Below are positions 26,510 to 39,166 of a stretch of DNA of 64,000 nt, piece after piece. The position numbers and the translations under genes were made by a program. The notes beneath the pieces are model-generated. The model did not search any database. It had not been told where the DNA came from and saw only the letters and a program-made list of their open reading frames with translations. Every line of letters starts with the position of its first letter. The first letter of the stretch is position 1. This stretch comes from Antedon mediterranea (lineage: Eukaryota > Animalia > Echinodermata): NCBI RefSeq assembly GCF_964355755.1, contig NC_092675.1, forward strand, positions 19,254,912-19,318,911, read 5' to 3'.

Positions 26510-28030
26510 TCTTGTTTTAAGAAAAAATTCTTAAAATAAGTATTTTTTTTCTTGTCAAGATTTAAAATTACTTAAAACAAGAAATAATTTTCTAGAAAAG
26601 ACACATTTTCTTAAATTAAGTTTTGCAATATTCTTGAAAATGCTTATTACAAGAAATATTTTACTTAAAATAAGAAGTCAATATCATTCTCTTCTTATTA
26701 AGAATAGTTTTGCTTAAAACAAGATTTGAAAATACTTAATTTGAAAAGTATTTTACTTAAAATAAGAAATCTATATTATATTTATCCCTACCAAGAATAA
26801 TTTTTCTTAAATCAAGATTGATGAATTATAAAAATTACTTAAAACAATCAATATTTTTCTAGGTAAGACAAAGTTTCTTAAATTAGGTTTCGCAATAGTC
26901 TTGAAAATACTTGTTTTGAGAAATATTTTACTTAAAATAAGAAGTCAATTTCACACTACCCTTATCAAGATTATTTTTACTTGAATCAAGATTCGCAATA
27001 TTCTTGAAAATGCTTATTACAAGAAATATTTTACTTAAAATAAGAAGTCAATATCATTCTCTTCTTATTAAGAATAGTTTTGCTTAAAACAAGATTTGAA
27101 AATACTTAATTTGAAAAGTATTTTACTTAAAATAAGAAATCAATATTATATTTATCCCTATCAAGAATAATTTTTCTTAAATCAAGATTGATGAATTCTA
27201 AAAATTACTTAAAACAATAAATATTTTTCTAGGTAAGACAAAGTTTCTTAAATTAGGTTTCGCAATATTCTTAAAAATACTTATTTTGAGAAATGTTTTA
27301 CTTAAAATAAGAAGTCAATATCATGATATCTTATCAAGACTATTTTTGCTTAAATTGAGATTCGCAATATTTTAAAAAATACTTATTTTGAGAAATGTTT
27401 TACTTAAAATAAGAAGTCAATATCATACTATCTTATCAAGACTATTTTTACTTGAATCAAGATTCGCAATATTCTTAAAAATACTTATTTCGAGAAATGT
27501 TTTACTTAAAATAAGAAGTCAATATCATACTATCTTATCAAGACTATTTTTGCTTAAATTGAGATTCGCAATATTTTAAAAAATACTTATTTTGAAAAAT
27601 GTTTTACTTAAAATAAGAAGTCAATATCATACTATCCTATCAAGACTATTTTTGCTTGAATTCAGATTCGCAATATTCTGATTTTGAGAAATGTTTTACT
27701 TAAAATAAGAAGTCAATATCATACTATCTTATCAAGACTATTTTTACTTGAATCAAGATTCGCAATATTCTTTAAAATACTTATTTTGAGAAATGTTTTA
27801 CTTAAAATAAGAAGTCAATATCATACTATCTTATCAAGACTATTTTTGCTTAAATTGAGATTCGCAATATTTTTAAAAATACTTATTTTGAGAAATGTTT
27901 TACTTAAGATAAGAAGTCAATATCATACTACAGTATATCCTATCAAGACTATTTTTGCTTGAATTGAAGTCAATTCTATTTTAATATTCTTAAAAATACT
28001 TATTTTGAGAAATGTTTTACTTAAAATAGA
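26510..28030. repeat. Left subterminal array: 370-bp duplication followed by ~8 copies of a 102-bp unit
   Basis: gcaatattcttgaaaatgcttattacaag at 26625 and 26995; ttcgcaatat recurs at 27259, 27361, 27463, 27565, 27667, 27759 and 27861. Confidence 0.92.
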
Positions 28031-28039
28031 TTGTCAATA

Positions 28040-29037
28040 TCCTTATATTCACACAACGGTAGAGCAGTTAGCACTTCAGTTTCAACTGATGAAAGAATCT
28101 GGGTAATCAAACTGTTTGTGCTTTGAATAATCGATTGCACTGCAACCTAAAGAAAATAATATTGATTTAATATTTTTTATATTCAAGTTTTAATATGTTT
28201 AAAAACTAAGTTGTGCTTTAGTTGGGGAGCTATGCAGCCTAACAAAAAAAATGTTATTTGTAACAATGAAATTGGTCACAAAAAAATGCAACATAAACTT
28301 AGAGTGTATAATGCCTAGGCCTAGTACCCAAGTCCTATAGTTAATACTATAGCTAATAGTCCTGTATAATAACAGTACCAGCAAGGCCTAGGAAATAGAC
28401 GTATTTCTCTAATAAAAAATAGTTTAAAATGCATAATTGTTGTAATTTTAAAGCAAAATGGCTTACCTGTGGAATCTTGTTTCTCTCCTTTAATTTTAGT
28501 AGAAAGAAATCAGCATTTTTTATACTATTATCTGCCTGTTCATCCTCTAGTTAGTAGGCCTTCTTGCTGAGCATCAACAAGATAATTAATATTAAACAAT
28601 CATTAACAGTATAACAATACTAGAATTATCACTACTACTATCGTCAGTTGATAAATCATCCCCGTTATAATAGTTTTTTTCTTCATTAACTTCGTCAGTC
28701 TCCTAGTCTAGGCCTAGTTCTACTTCATCCTCAATTGGCATCCTCGTTTTCTCCAGGCATACTTATATACTGATGTTTCCATCGTCAACTGCAGGAGGTT
28801 GCCGATTGTTATACTCGTCCTTAAAATGGCGTCTTATGACATGCTTGTAAAACGAATTGTAAATTCCAAAGCTTGCCGGGCAGCGAACCACCAATTCCAC
28901 ATGTTACTCGAAAATTCGGAGTATTTCCATGAATTGAATTATAATGCCTTGCAAATAGGGTAGCAAATACTGTACCTACTTCAGTTTACTGGCACCAACT
29001 TATCGCTTTTTTTCGGACTGCAACAAACATGTGTCAT
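28040..29037 (-). pseudogene. Truncated EnSpm-type transposase, 5' part (C2H2 zinc finger); exons ~29037-28467 and 28146-~28040
   Basis: Reads HYNSIHGNTPNFRVTCGIGG/(frameshift)CPASFGIYNSFYKHVIRRH, then an acidic linker and NADFFLLKLKERNKIPQ|gtaagc ... ttctttag|VAVQSIIQSTNSLI. Contains stops and frameshifts and is cut off by the left array, so no catalytic core remains. Confidence 0.72.
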
Positions 29038-29356
29038 TATTATTGTCTGTCGTATTACTGTTGGTCCAGACGTTTTATAGATTTGCTTTAACCACCATGG
29101 AGGTTTATACCTCCATGCTTTAACGTTGAGCAGTATAATGACCTTATACATTCTGGGTAAAAGGCCAGCGATAAATTTTTGGTTATAGTTGAAAAACAAC
29201 ACTGTGTGTGGTCGATGACCTAGCTCCCGGCGGGATCATGGCCAACGGTTTTTTAAAGTAATCATTCAAAATCTAGAGTTTGTAAGTAAAAGACACCTTT
29301 CATCGCAATTTATATATTAAATGCTTCAATAGGCCTAGTAAGATTAGTCTAATATA

Positions 29357-31486
29357 ATGTCGAAGGAAGACGCTTTGTTGAAGATCCGAGAAATAGATGA
29401 AGAAGTGGCCAACATTTTAACAGGTTCGTAGGCCTAATAATTATATTTTAATCTGCCAGCAGTCTCTAGGCCTAGCCTAGGCTCCTTCCTAGTTTAGTAA
29501 TACTGTAGGCCTGGAACTAGTAGGTCTAGGCTAGCCTACTATGCCTGTACTGACGGACAGGTGTATAGGTTTAGCTTAGCATTTTAGTTCAGACATTGAC
29601 AGAGGGGACAAATATTGTCGGACCTATTTCAGCTAGGTATAAGGAAGGCCTAATAATAGATAATACAATTACAGTATAATGTAACAGTTATTTTGTAATG
29701 TAGCCATGAAATATCTACGAAGGATTATATTATATACACATATTCCAATGAGAAATATAATGACATTTAAAAACACTTCTTTATATTTAATTAATTGTAC
29801 ACACTAAGTAGCCTAATCCCCGAAGTGATCACATCGATATTGAAACTTAATGTTTTTAACTCTAAATTTAAAAAAAACATACTAAAAAAACAAACAAAAA
29901 ACATACGTACTGCATAACTAAAATTGTTATATTAAATTTCTTTTTAAAAAACTGTGTTATTTACAATATCTTAAATTATTTGTTAGGTAATTGAAGAAGT
30001 TCGAAGGATACTAATTATTACTAGGCAAAGAGGAATGAAATACAAAAGAAAGCTTTTTAAAAAAGTGCTTAGCAAATTTTTCCAAAGAAGAGAATAATAT
30101 AGTTTATTTTGGTATTTTAAAGAGAAACACCAGTCCTCCATCTGGTAAGTACAGTGTATGTTTTTGTACTTTTATCTATTCATAAATAGTTTTATAATGG
30201 ACCAATGGTAGTGAGAAAAATACGTGTACATATTGTGTACGTATTTTTAACAGCTTGGTTCGACTCAAGCTAGTGTCATGCACTCCTCCCTTTGACAACT
30301 AAAATTAAATAAATGACTTATGAATATTAATTTTTGACATATTAATGCTCTCCTGGCCAGCCCACCCTTTCCCCTTCCTTTTACATTGACCACCTACAAA
30401 ACTGTAGGCTACATTATTAAAAATTTGAGCTACAGTATATCAAGTTTATGTCCATACATTATTCCACTCATTTAAATAAATTTATATAATATAATGTTTT
30501 CAATTTGTTATTTTTGGTTAGGTTCAAAGATAACCCATATGTTGTCAAATCTGTCAAACATATTTGTTGGGAAAAACTCATCAAAAAAAGTCTGCCGACC
30601 TTGAAGGTATTTAGTGTTTTTTTAAATTTAAAATACTTAAGTAACATTATGTACATTAAAAAAAAATATCTTAAAGTGTTTTTTTAAAATCAAATTTATC
30701 TTAGCTTAAAATTCGAGGTATATACTATGTTTACAATAATTTATTAAAATCAAACAATTAAACAAAATTTACATTTAATTGTATGATTGTTATTATAAAC
30801 ATTGATACGGAATAAAAACATCAATCAGGATTGAGCACCGTTTTGCGTATTGTCTTCCTAAATAGTAATATTAAAAATAAATTTAGACCCTAATAATTTA
30901 ACTAAAAATAATAGATACAGCCAGGCCTCTGTCTTTGGGATCGGTATAAACAGGGCAAAGTTTGTGATTAAAAAGTTCAAATGCATATTCCACCCACCCT
31001 TATGTCTTATGTAAAATTATTCTTACCACCGTTCTAATATTGCGTCATGTTTTTGTGTTTACCGCCCCAGATATAGGACTCTAAAACCACACCGTACCCA
31101 ATTAGTTGATGATGTTACACATATTTTAAATACAGTAATAACTAAAACTATATTAATCTCTTTTCATTTTTAGGAACATGAATAAAGATCCAGAATCCTG
31201 GTCTTCACGCCGATCAGGTAATATGCCGGTATTGCTTTTGGACACAGAAATGGCCTACATTAAAGTTTAGCAAACAATTCTAACTACAAAGAAAGCAAAA
31301 TTAGATGAGGCTCTAGTTACTCTCCTCTCCACTTTTTACCTTCTGGATTTCGATTATCCAAAATGAAAAGAAGTAGGCCTCACTATCCTTTAACAGTTAG
31401 TGATTTGTGATGAAAACACACCTGTACACTTGACAAAGGCTGTTGAATCATCATTAGTATACATTAATAAATTTAAAGACACCTAA
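29357..31486 (+). pseudogene. Second, divergently oriented transposon gene (SAMD3-like C-terminus); candidate exons 29357-29423, 29987-30144, ~30522-30605, 31174-31486
   Basis: ATG exon MSKEDALLKIREIDEEVANILT|gt and GT-AG-bounded internal pieces. The last exon reads ...LDEALVTLLSTFYLLDFDYPK*KEVGLTIL*QLV..., resembling the A...L...YY..NL.YP.....L...Q motif I recall from SAMD3-like transposon-associated proteins; three in-frame stops. Confidence 0.62.
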
Positions 31487-31779
31487 TAGTTTAAAGCCCA
31501 GGTGCGGGAGAAGAATTTTACGAAATTTGTATTTTACCATTTTAATGTTTTTAAGTTTTCTTTTGATGGCATTTTATTATTAATAAAAACAAGTTTGTTT
31601 TAAAGAAGTTGTATATATTATTGTACCTAATGTCATGTAAATTGTAGTTCTTAATGAAAATAACAGTATTGTTAATATTATGTTTTATAACATTCTTGAA
31701 TTTATTTGTTTAAGTAAAATATTACTTAAAATGAATATTCATTTATCGTTCTTAAAATAAATTTTTAATGATTTATATT

Positions 31780-33290
31780 TTATAGAATTCTTGTTTCAAG
31801 CAATTTTTTTCCCAATATAAGTAAGAATTTACGAATTTTAATTTGATAGAATTCTTGTTTCAAGCAATACTTTTCTTAAAATAAGTAAACATTTACTGGT
31901 TTTTATTTGATAGACTTCTTGTTTACTTATTTTAAAAAAAGTTTTGCTTGAAACAAGAATTCTACAAATAAAAATCGGAATATTCTTACTTATTTTAAGA
32001 AATATATTGCTTGAAACAAGAAAATTAAAAATATAAATCGGAATATTCTTACTTATTTTAAGAAAAATATTGCTTAAAACAAGAATTCTTAAAAATACAA
32101 ACCGGAATATTCTTACTTATTTTAAGAAAAATATTGCTTGAACCAAGAATTCTACAAATAAAAATCGGAATATTCTTACTTATTTTAAGAAATATATTGC
32201 TTGAAACAAGAATTCAAAAAATACAAATCGGAATATTCTTACTTATTTTAAGAAAAATATTGCTTGAAACAAGAATTCAAAAAATACAAATCGGAATATT
32301 CTTACTTATTTTAAGAAAAATATTGCTTGAAACAAGAATTCAAAAAATACAAATCGGAATATTCTTACTTATTTTAAGAAAAATATTGCTTGAAACAAGA
32401 ATTCAAAAAATACAAATCGGAATATTCTTACTTATTTTAAGAAATATATTGCTTGAAACAAGAATTCAAAAAATACAAATCGGAATATTCTTACTTATTT
32501 TAAGAAAAATATTGCTTGAAACAAGAATTCAAAAAATACAAATCGGAATATTCTTACTTATTTTAAGAAAAATATTGCTTAAAACAAGAATTCTACAAAT
32601 AAAAATCGGAATATTCTTACTTATTTTAAGAAATATTTTGCTTGAAACAAGAATTCAAAAAATACAAATCGGAATATTCTTACTTGTTTTAAGAAAAAAA
32701 TTGCTTGAAACAAGAATTCAAAAAATACAAATCGGAATATTCTTACTTATTTTAAGAAAAATATTGCTTGAAACAAGAATTCAAAAAATACAAATCGGAA
32801 TATTCTTACTTATTTTAAGAAAAATATTGCTTGAAACAAGAATTCAAAAAATAAAAATCGGAATATTCTTACTTATTTTAAGAAATATCTTGCTTGAAAC
32901 AAGAATTCAAAAAAATACAAATCGGAATATTCTTACTTATTTTAAGAAATATATTGCTTGAAACAAGAATTCTATAAAATACAAATCGGAATATTCTTAC
33001 TTATTTTAAGAAATATCTTGCTTGAAACAAGAATTCAAAAAAATACAAATCGGAATATTCTTACTTATTTTAAGAAATATATTGCTTGAAACAAGAATTC
33101 TATAAAATACAAATCGGAATATTCTTACTTATTTTAAGAAATATATTGCTTGAAACAAGAATTCAAACAAATACAAATCGGAATATTCTTACTTATTTTA
33201 AGAAAAATATTGCTTGAAACAAGAATTCTATTTTAAAAAATCGATAAATTGTTACTTATTTTAAGGCAGATACTGCTTAAAACAAGAATG
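31780..33290. repeat. Right subterminal array: ~20 copies of a 63-bp unit, preceded by 2-3 inverted copies
   Basis: Unit ttgcttgaaacaagaattcaaaaaatacaaatcggaatattcttacttattttaagaaaaata (e.g. 32197, 32260); inverted units tagaattcttgtttcaagcaa at ~31783 and ~31847. Confidence 0.95.
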
Positions 33291-35768
33291 AAAAAAGCAA
33301 TTAAATTCTTGGTAAGAATATTGTTCTTAAAGTATTATTTCTTGGTAAGAATAATTTTCTTGATAAGAATTTGTGTGATTCTTGTTAAGAATTTTACGAT
33401 TCTTGGTAAGCCAAAAAGTATTGAAATACGGACAAGTCAAAATTTACTTGTTTCAAGAAATATTTTGCTTGAAACAAGTTTTTTTTTTCTTAAAACAAGA
33501 ATCAGAATTTTGCTGTGCATATAAAGGAGATGTTATAACTATTGGTCAACAGTTCAATGGAAAGTGACGAAATTCAGAATGGGCCCGTCACATGCCCACG
33601 CTAGTCAAAGTGCAACACATAACCCTGTTACCTTCTTGAGTTATCAATACATTGACAATAAATCAATATCCCATTTTGAAATCAAAACAACCTTTACCAA
33701 TAAGTATTATCATATTTAAAGGTTTTATTTGTACATGGACATAAAAGAGGCATTGTCTTATAAAAGTATAGACTAAAATTATACAATGAAATTGCAACTA
33801 ACAATAAGTTAGTGTTGGTCTTAAGATTTGATTTCCCTACTTTACTAACAAACAAAACCACGTCAAGATTCCATTACCAAATGATCATCATCATTATTCT
33901 CGTACCTTTTGTACGTGAATACATCATAAACAAAAGCGTACCTGGCCATTAAACACACTTGTTTTGAAAATCGTCTCAGGGGTAACTGATCCAGTAACAC
34001 GGAACAATTGTTTAACTAAAGTTTTCATCAGTGTTTTTTTCACGTCAGCTTTTGTCGTTGCCTAATTTCTCAAAAATGGTTCACCGTATTTAAACTTATA
34101 AAACAACATGAAACAATTTATAAACAATGTTCTCTGTATATAATCGCATTGTTCGCATCTTTAACGTATCATAGACTAATGAATTTATACACAGGTGTCT
34201 TTATAATGAGAACGTTTGATTGACACCTTTAATGACCCTGGTTTGTGTAACAATCAAGCGAATAGGATCAGTGAGCAACAATAACTTGCTATAAATCAGC
34301 CATGTAGTAATGTGTAAGGCACCTGTGATATGGCATATTTAAATGTTTCCACCTCGAGGCTTGGGAGTGACCCACCTTCCCATATTGATTAAATTTCAAA
34401 AATTACTTAATAAGAAATGTATACTGATGGGTGTTGATTAGAATTTTCATACATATATTAAAAGAGATCGCTTATCATGAATGAAAGAGTAATTATCAGT
34501 AGTTGTAGTAGTACAAATTAGGTTGAAGAAGCCTTTATAATAAGGTTGTACAATCAGGTTGATGGAGTATACTTTGGCCTTGTAAACCTCAGATGTAGGT
34601 AGGGTAACTGATGAATTAAAATGTGTCAAAAAACTAACAATGAGAAAAATTAAATTAATTAACAAGTTAAGATTTTGTGTAGTAAATCACGTAAAATATT
34701 GATCCAAAAAGTTGACCTCCTCATGAACCAATTGACCAAGCAATTTTTCTGTTACTGGTATTTGATCTTATGTACTATTAGAAAAACGTATCTGCATTTT
34801 AAATTATAACATCTATTAAGATTTTAATATAAAAAAAAAATTGTCAATATAAAATCTAAATTATATTTCCAAATTTCCAATTAATTGATTAATTAATAAA
34901 AAATTAGTTTTAATTATTTTTCTAATAGATTTGATAGTTTAAACAAATTATTAATTAGAAAAGTTAGATACTGCACCTTTAATTTAATTTTGCTTTGTCA
35001 ACATAAATAAATTTGTTATACATAATCTTAATATATGTCATGTGACAATCATTTACATATAGTCTGATGTGTACAATTACAGGTGAGAAAATTCATCCTC
35101 AGCTAGCACATTACCTTGACATTCATGGATAATGTGGGCATTTATAGTTTTAACTAGCTCACCAAACACAATATATTTCTTTCATTTTAATTATGGATAG
35201 AAAGAAGGTGGAACATCAGACTTGAGTAAGTGATATGTAAATGAGGGGTATATAGCTTGTGGCACGGCCATAAATAAGGCCAAGATGTCTACTGAAAGGC
35301 TAATTGATATAATTTGTAAGAATACTTAACTATATAATACATTTTAGATGGTCAAATAGAAAGTATCATGCTATCTTTAAGAGAACTTTCAACAATGAGC
35401 TATATACGTGATGTTAATTTATTTTCCGCATAGTGAGAGGACACTACCAATTTTTAACACAGTTTTATAGTGGATTTTCGGGTTCAAACGATGACCAACC
35501 ACAATATGCATGTCATAGATTGCCACAAAATGAAAGTTCCCAATTGAGAAGCTTGTACTAGAGTCGATGTAAATTTGTGCTTTTTTATATACAGCACTTC
35601 AATTCACCCTATAGTGATTTCTGATTACTTTAGTTATATACAAATGAATATAAAGAAATTTATGTTGGCAATGTGACTGTACAATACTCAATAATAGGAT
35701 GTCCAAGGTACAATTTTCAAAACTACTTTTTTCAAATGTTACAAAGAAAACAATGCAGGTACAGAATT

Positions 35769-35833
35769 TCCAAAGACCATGATCAATGCAGGTCCAAAGA
35801 CCATGATCAATGCAGGTCCAAAGACCATGATCA
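35769..35833. repeat. 24-bp tandem repeat, ~2.7 copies
   Basis: Unit tccaaagaccatgatcaatgcagg. Confidence 0.9.
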
Positions 35834-38800
35834 TCAACAAGCAAGCGCAAATTTCAATTTGTTTTTTAAAATGTGGGAAAAAAATGTTGCAGAATAAAGA
35901 TTGTATATATAAATCAATCAGTTTAACCAGTAAAGGTTTTTTCACTTGGTCTGTCGAGCAGTAGCCAATTCTATGACATTTAAAATATTAGTTTCATTTT
36001 TCCCAAAGAATAATGGATTTCGTTAGCAAATTTATCTTCTAGAAAATTTACAGAGAGTAATTCATTTTCTTGAATTTCAATGACAAATATTGATGAGTTG
36101 TATTTGAAAATCATCCTTAAATTATGGTACCAACCTAATGAGGCACATTGATGATAGAACTCATTCAACATGAATAATGTCTCATAGAAAAGACTGGTCT
36201 GTGTGCACATAAAACTATAATAACCTATGTAATAAATCTACTGCAATATAAAGCATTTCAGGCATAATCCATAATCAAAACCAAATTAAATTACCGCCCA
36301 CATTTCTGCAGGTACCATATATTATCGTTTCTATAAAAGAAAAAAAAACCAGATATTTACAGACAAGACAGATACTAATTTAACTTAGTACAAATTGTAC
36401 TTAATCACTCATATTTGTTCTGAAAATGTTGGTTAATTTATACGTAATTATGTTATCTTCTATAAACCAGAGATTCCGAAATAAAAAATTGTATTGATTT
36501 GATCATCTAGTGTCACTGCTGGGTTGTTTATTATTATTTTTATTATTATTATTATTATTATTTTTCTCTCTCTATGTTATATTGAATTAATTTTTTAACT
36601 CTTTAATTCATTGCAGTATTAAATTTAACTTATTTTCACCAAAAGTTTGAAAATTGAATAAAATTATATAAAAGAAATTTGAAAATTCACAAGGTGAATC
36701 TTATATTTTATTACAATTTATCGTTTTTATTTATCATATAAAGTGCAAAACAGAAAATGTGATTGGGAAAGATTGTATTTCTAAAGATTTATGCACTAAA
36801 AGTTAAAGCGACAGGAGATATTCTTCATTTTTGCAAAATGAGCTTTATGCTACGCACAAAAAACATATTTCTCATAAAAAAGAATTGCTTCAAATAAAAT
36901 AAATTTTGACTGTTGAAGAATGGATATTGTATGCAGCAATTTGATTATTTTTACGAATAAATTTAAGAAACAGCATTTTAAAAGCGTTTATAAATTTTAG
37001 CATGACCGATTCTTTAGTGTTATATTTAAGCATGGTAGATTTAATATCGCTTAAAGCTGTGATATAAGCTGCAGCATGATACGTATTCTTACTGTATTGT
37101 TCTTAGCGCAATTACGCATACTCAGGGGCTAGATTTTAAAATCATTAGCTATGAGAACAAAGGATAGAAGAAATTAAGATACTTATAAAAAATAACTGCT
37201 GTGTTCTTGCTTATAGGCCACTGCACTTGAGAACGTAGGGCATGACTCAAAATGCTTAATAGACCGTAAAAATAAGCGTCAATGGAACACTTGGAAGTCT
37301 AATGCTTGGGCAATTAACACGAAGCAATAACAATCTCACACCTTTGTAAATGCTCTCTGGTGGAAGTTGTACAATTATTATATAATAATTATATAATATA
37401 AATATATAGGTAGACAAAAGCAATAACCATATTTTAATTGCGTCTCAAAATTAGCTCTTTATATTTAAGAATTCTTATCGCTCCTTGTGTTGTAGCTACT
37501 GAAATAATTTCAGTGGGGAAATGGGAAGGGATAAAGTAGTTTTCTATGGCTTTTTCTAATTTTGGCAGGTATGGCAGGTGGTATGGCTGGAAAAGTAAAA
37601 TCTACACAACCTTTCTCATCTTCCAGCTTGAACTTTTCTATTATACATAACTACTAAAAAAACAAAGCAAACTGTTTTTTCATTAGAACAACTCATATAT
37701 TTAGCATCCAAGTTTTGATTTTTCTCATTATTTAGAAACATTTTTGATCAAATATGGTAATGAATAATTCATTGTCTACCAGTTTGAGTCATCGAAATGT
37801 TACATATTCCTGCTTTTAATTTTATTACTGCTGGTGCCATAATATATACTAAATATATACTAAAATGAAACTATATATAATATATGGGCAAAAGCATTTT
37901 GGGTCAATGCCCTGACAAATCGGTATAAATGTCATAGTGAAATTATCATTATTATAACATAAATTTAAACCTTAAGTTACATCATAAAGATGCTAAATGT
38001 ATGCATATTTGTATGACTAAGCATAAAAAATGAAATATATTTTTAAAAATGACTGATGAATACATTATTATTACAGTAGGTTTGTATGACAGTACTCCAG
38101 TTCAATCAAGAGTAATGCCTGCTCATGGTAATTTAAGAGATCACACAGTGTGCTAGACAATGGGAAAGACCAAGCGTTGGATTCAACTATCAAAAAGTAC
38201 AGAGTATCGCGTACTATTCTTTATGACTAACACGTACTAATCGGCAAACTTTTTCTAATAGCATCTTTTAATTTCACCGCTAAACAGGTTAAAATTTGCA
38301 TATAATAAATTAGAATATTATTTAATGTCTATGTAAAATTTTTACCGTACATTATTCATGATTAATAAATATATATCATTATATTGAAATTAAAATTCTA
38401 TTTGTTTAACTTTAAATCATGCACACTATCATATACTTCAATATAATATAATTAATTCTTAAAAAAACAAATGACCTCATTAGCAAATGATGATAAAAAC
38501 GCAATTTAATCTCGAATAAACTTGGAGATTACTTCGTCTAATCACGGAAAATTGGATCTGATAAACATTTGATTGGAGAAAGAGGTTTACTCAATTGTAT
38601 TATAGTAGCCATTTCTTTTTTGTTCAATATTGACATCTATAATATATTTATTCCATGAAACCTTGTGTAGCTTCATAAAATCTGTATAGATTTAACAGAA
38701 ACAAATATGGTGTCGTTAAGGCCAAATAAATATGTACTTTATACCCAGTTTCCATTGGCTTTGAACCCTCTCAGTATTTTTAGGGGTCAATAAAAATCAC

Positions 38801-38880
38801 ATGGCAAGTCTGCTGTGTGTGTGGTCTTTAGACACATTCATTTCAGGCAAAAGTCCCCACTTAATATTCTGCTCCGATTA

Positions 38881-39166
38881 GAATGCAACAGTATTATTTA
38901 GTTAATATTAACTAGGAATCTAGATTTTCGTTGAATTTGTTTTAAAAAGATTAATTTTCACTGGTCATATGCCTCAAGCTTCACAGATACAAAATGGGTT
39001 TATATGTTTCAAATTTTTCCAATTGCTTAAACAGTTTTAGTTCATTTTAGATGAATGCAACAGTATTATTTAGTTAATATTAACTAGGAATAAACTAGAT
39101 TTACAATGAATTTGTTATAAAGGTTAATTCTCACTGGTCATATGCCTCAAGCTTCTCAGAAACAAA
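38881..39166. repeat. Local direct duplication, 172-bp spacing
   Basis: gaatgcaacagtattatttagttaatattaactaggaat...ctggtcatatgcctcaagcttc at 38881 and 39053. Confidence 0.85.

Larger units (their letters stand above)
26473..33517. mobile_element. Internally deleted CACTA/EnSpm-type (CMC) DNA transposon, 7045 bp
   Basis: 12-bp TIR CACAGCAAAATT / AATTTTGCTGTG, 2-bp TSD CA on both sides (26471-26472, 33518-33519), long subterminal repeat arrays and internal gene remnants. Confidence 0.88.

Noticed and set aside
27388-27962. Repetitive ORFs (RNVLLKIRSQYH...)
   Set aside because: Translations of the 102-bp subterminal repeat.
32134-32961. 275-aa ORF of 21-aa repeats
   Set aside because: Artefact of the stop-free 63-bp tandem unit inside the transposon end; non-ATG start, and the frame breaks where a unit gains a base.
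26510-33290. CRISPR-like appearance of the regular repeats
   Set aside because: Units are head-to-tail with no unique spacers, there are no cas genes, and the context is eukaryotic.
35599-35964. Four overlapping ORFs with 8-aa repeats
   Set aside because: Produced by the 24-bp tandem repeat.
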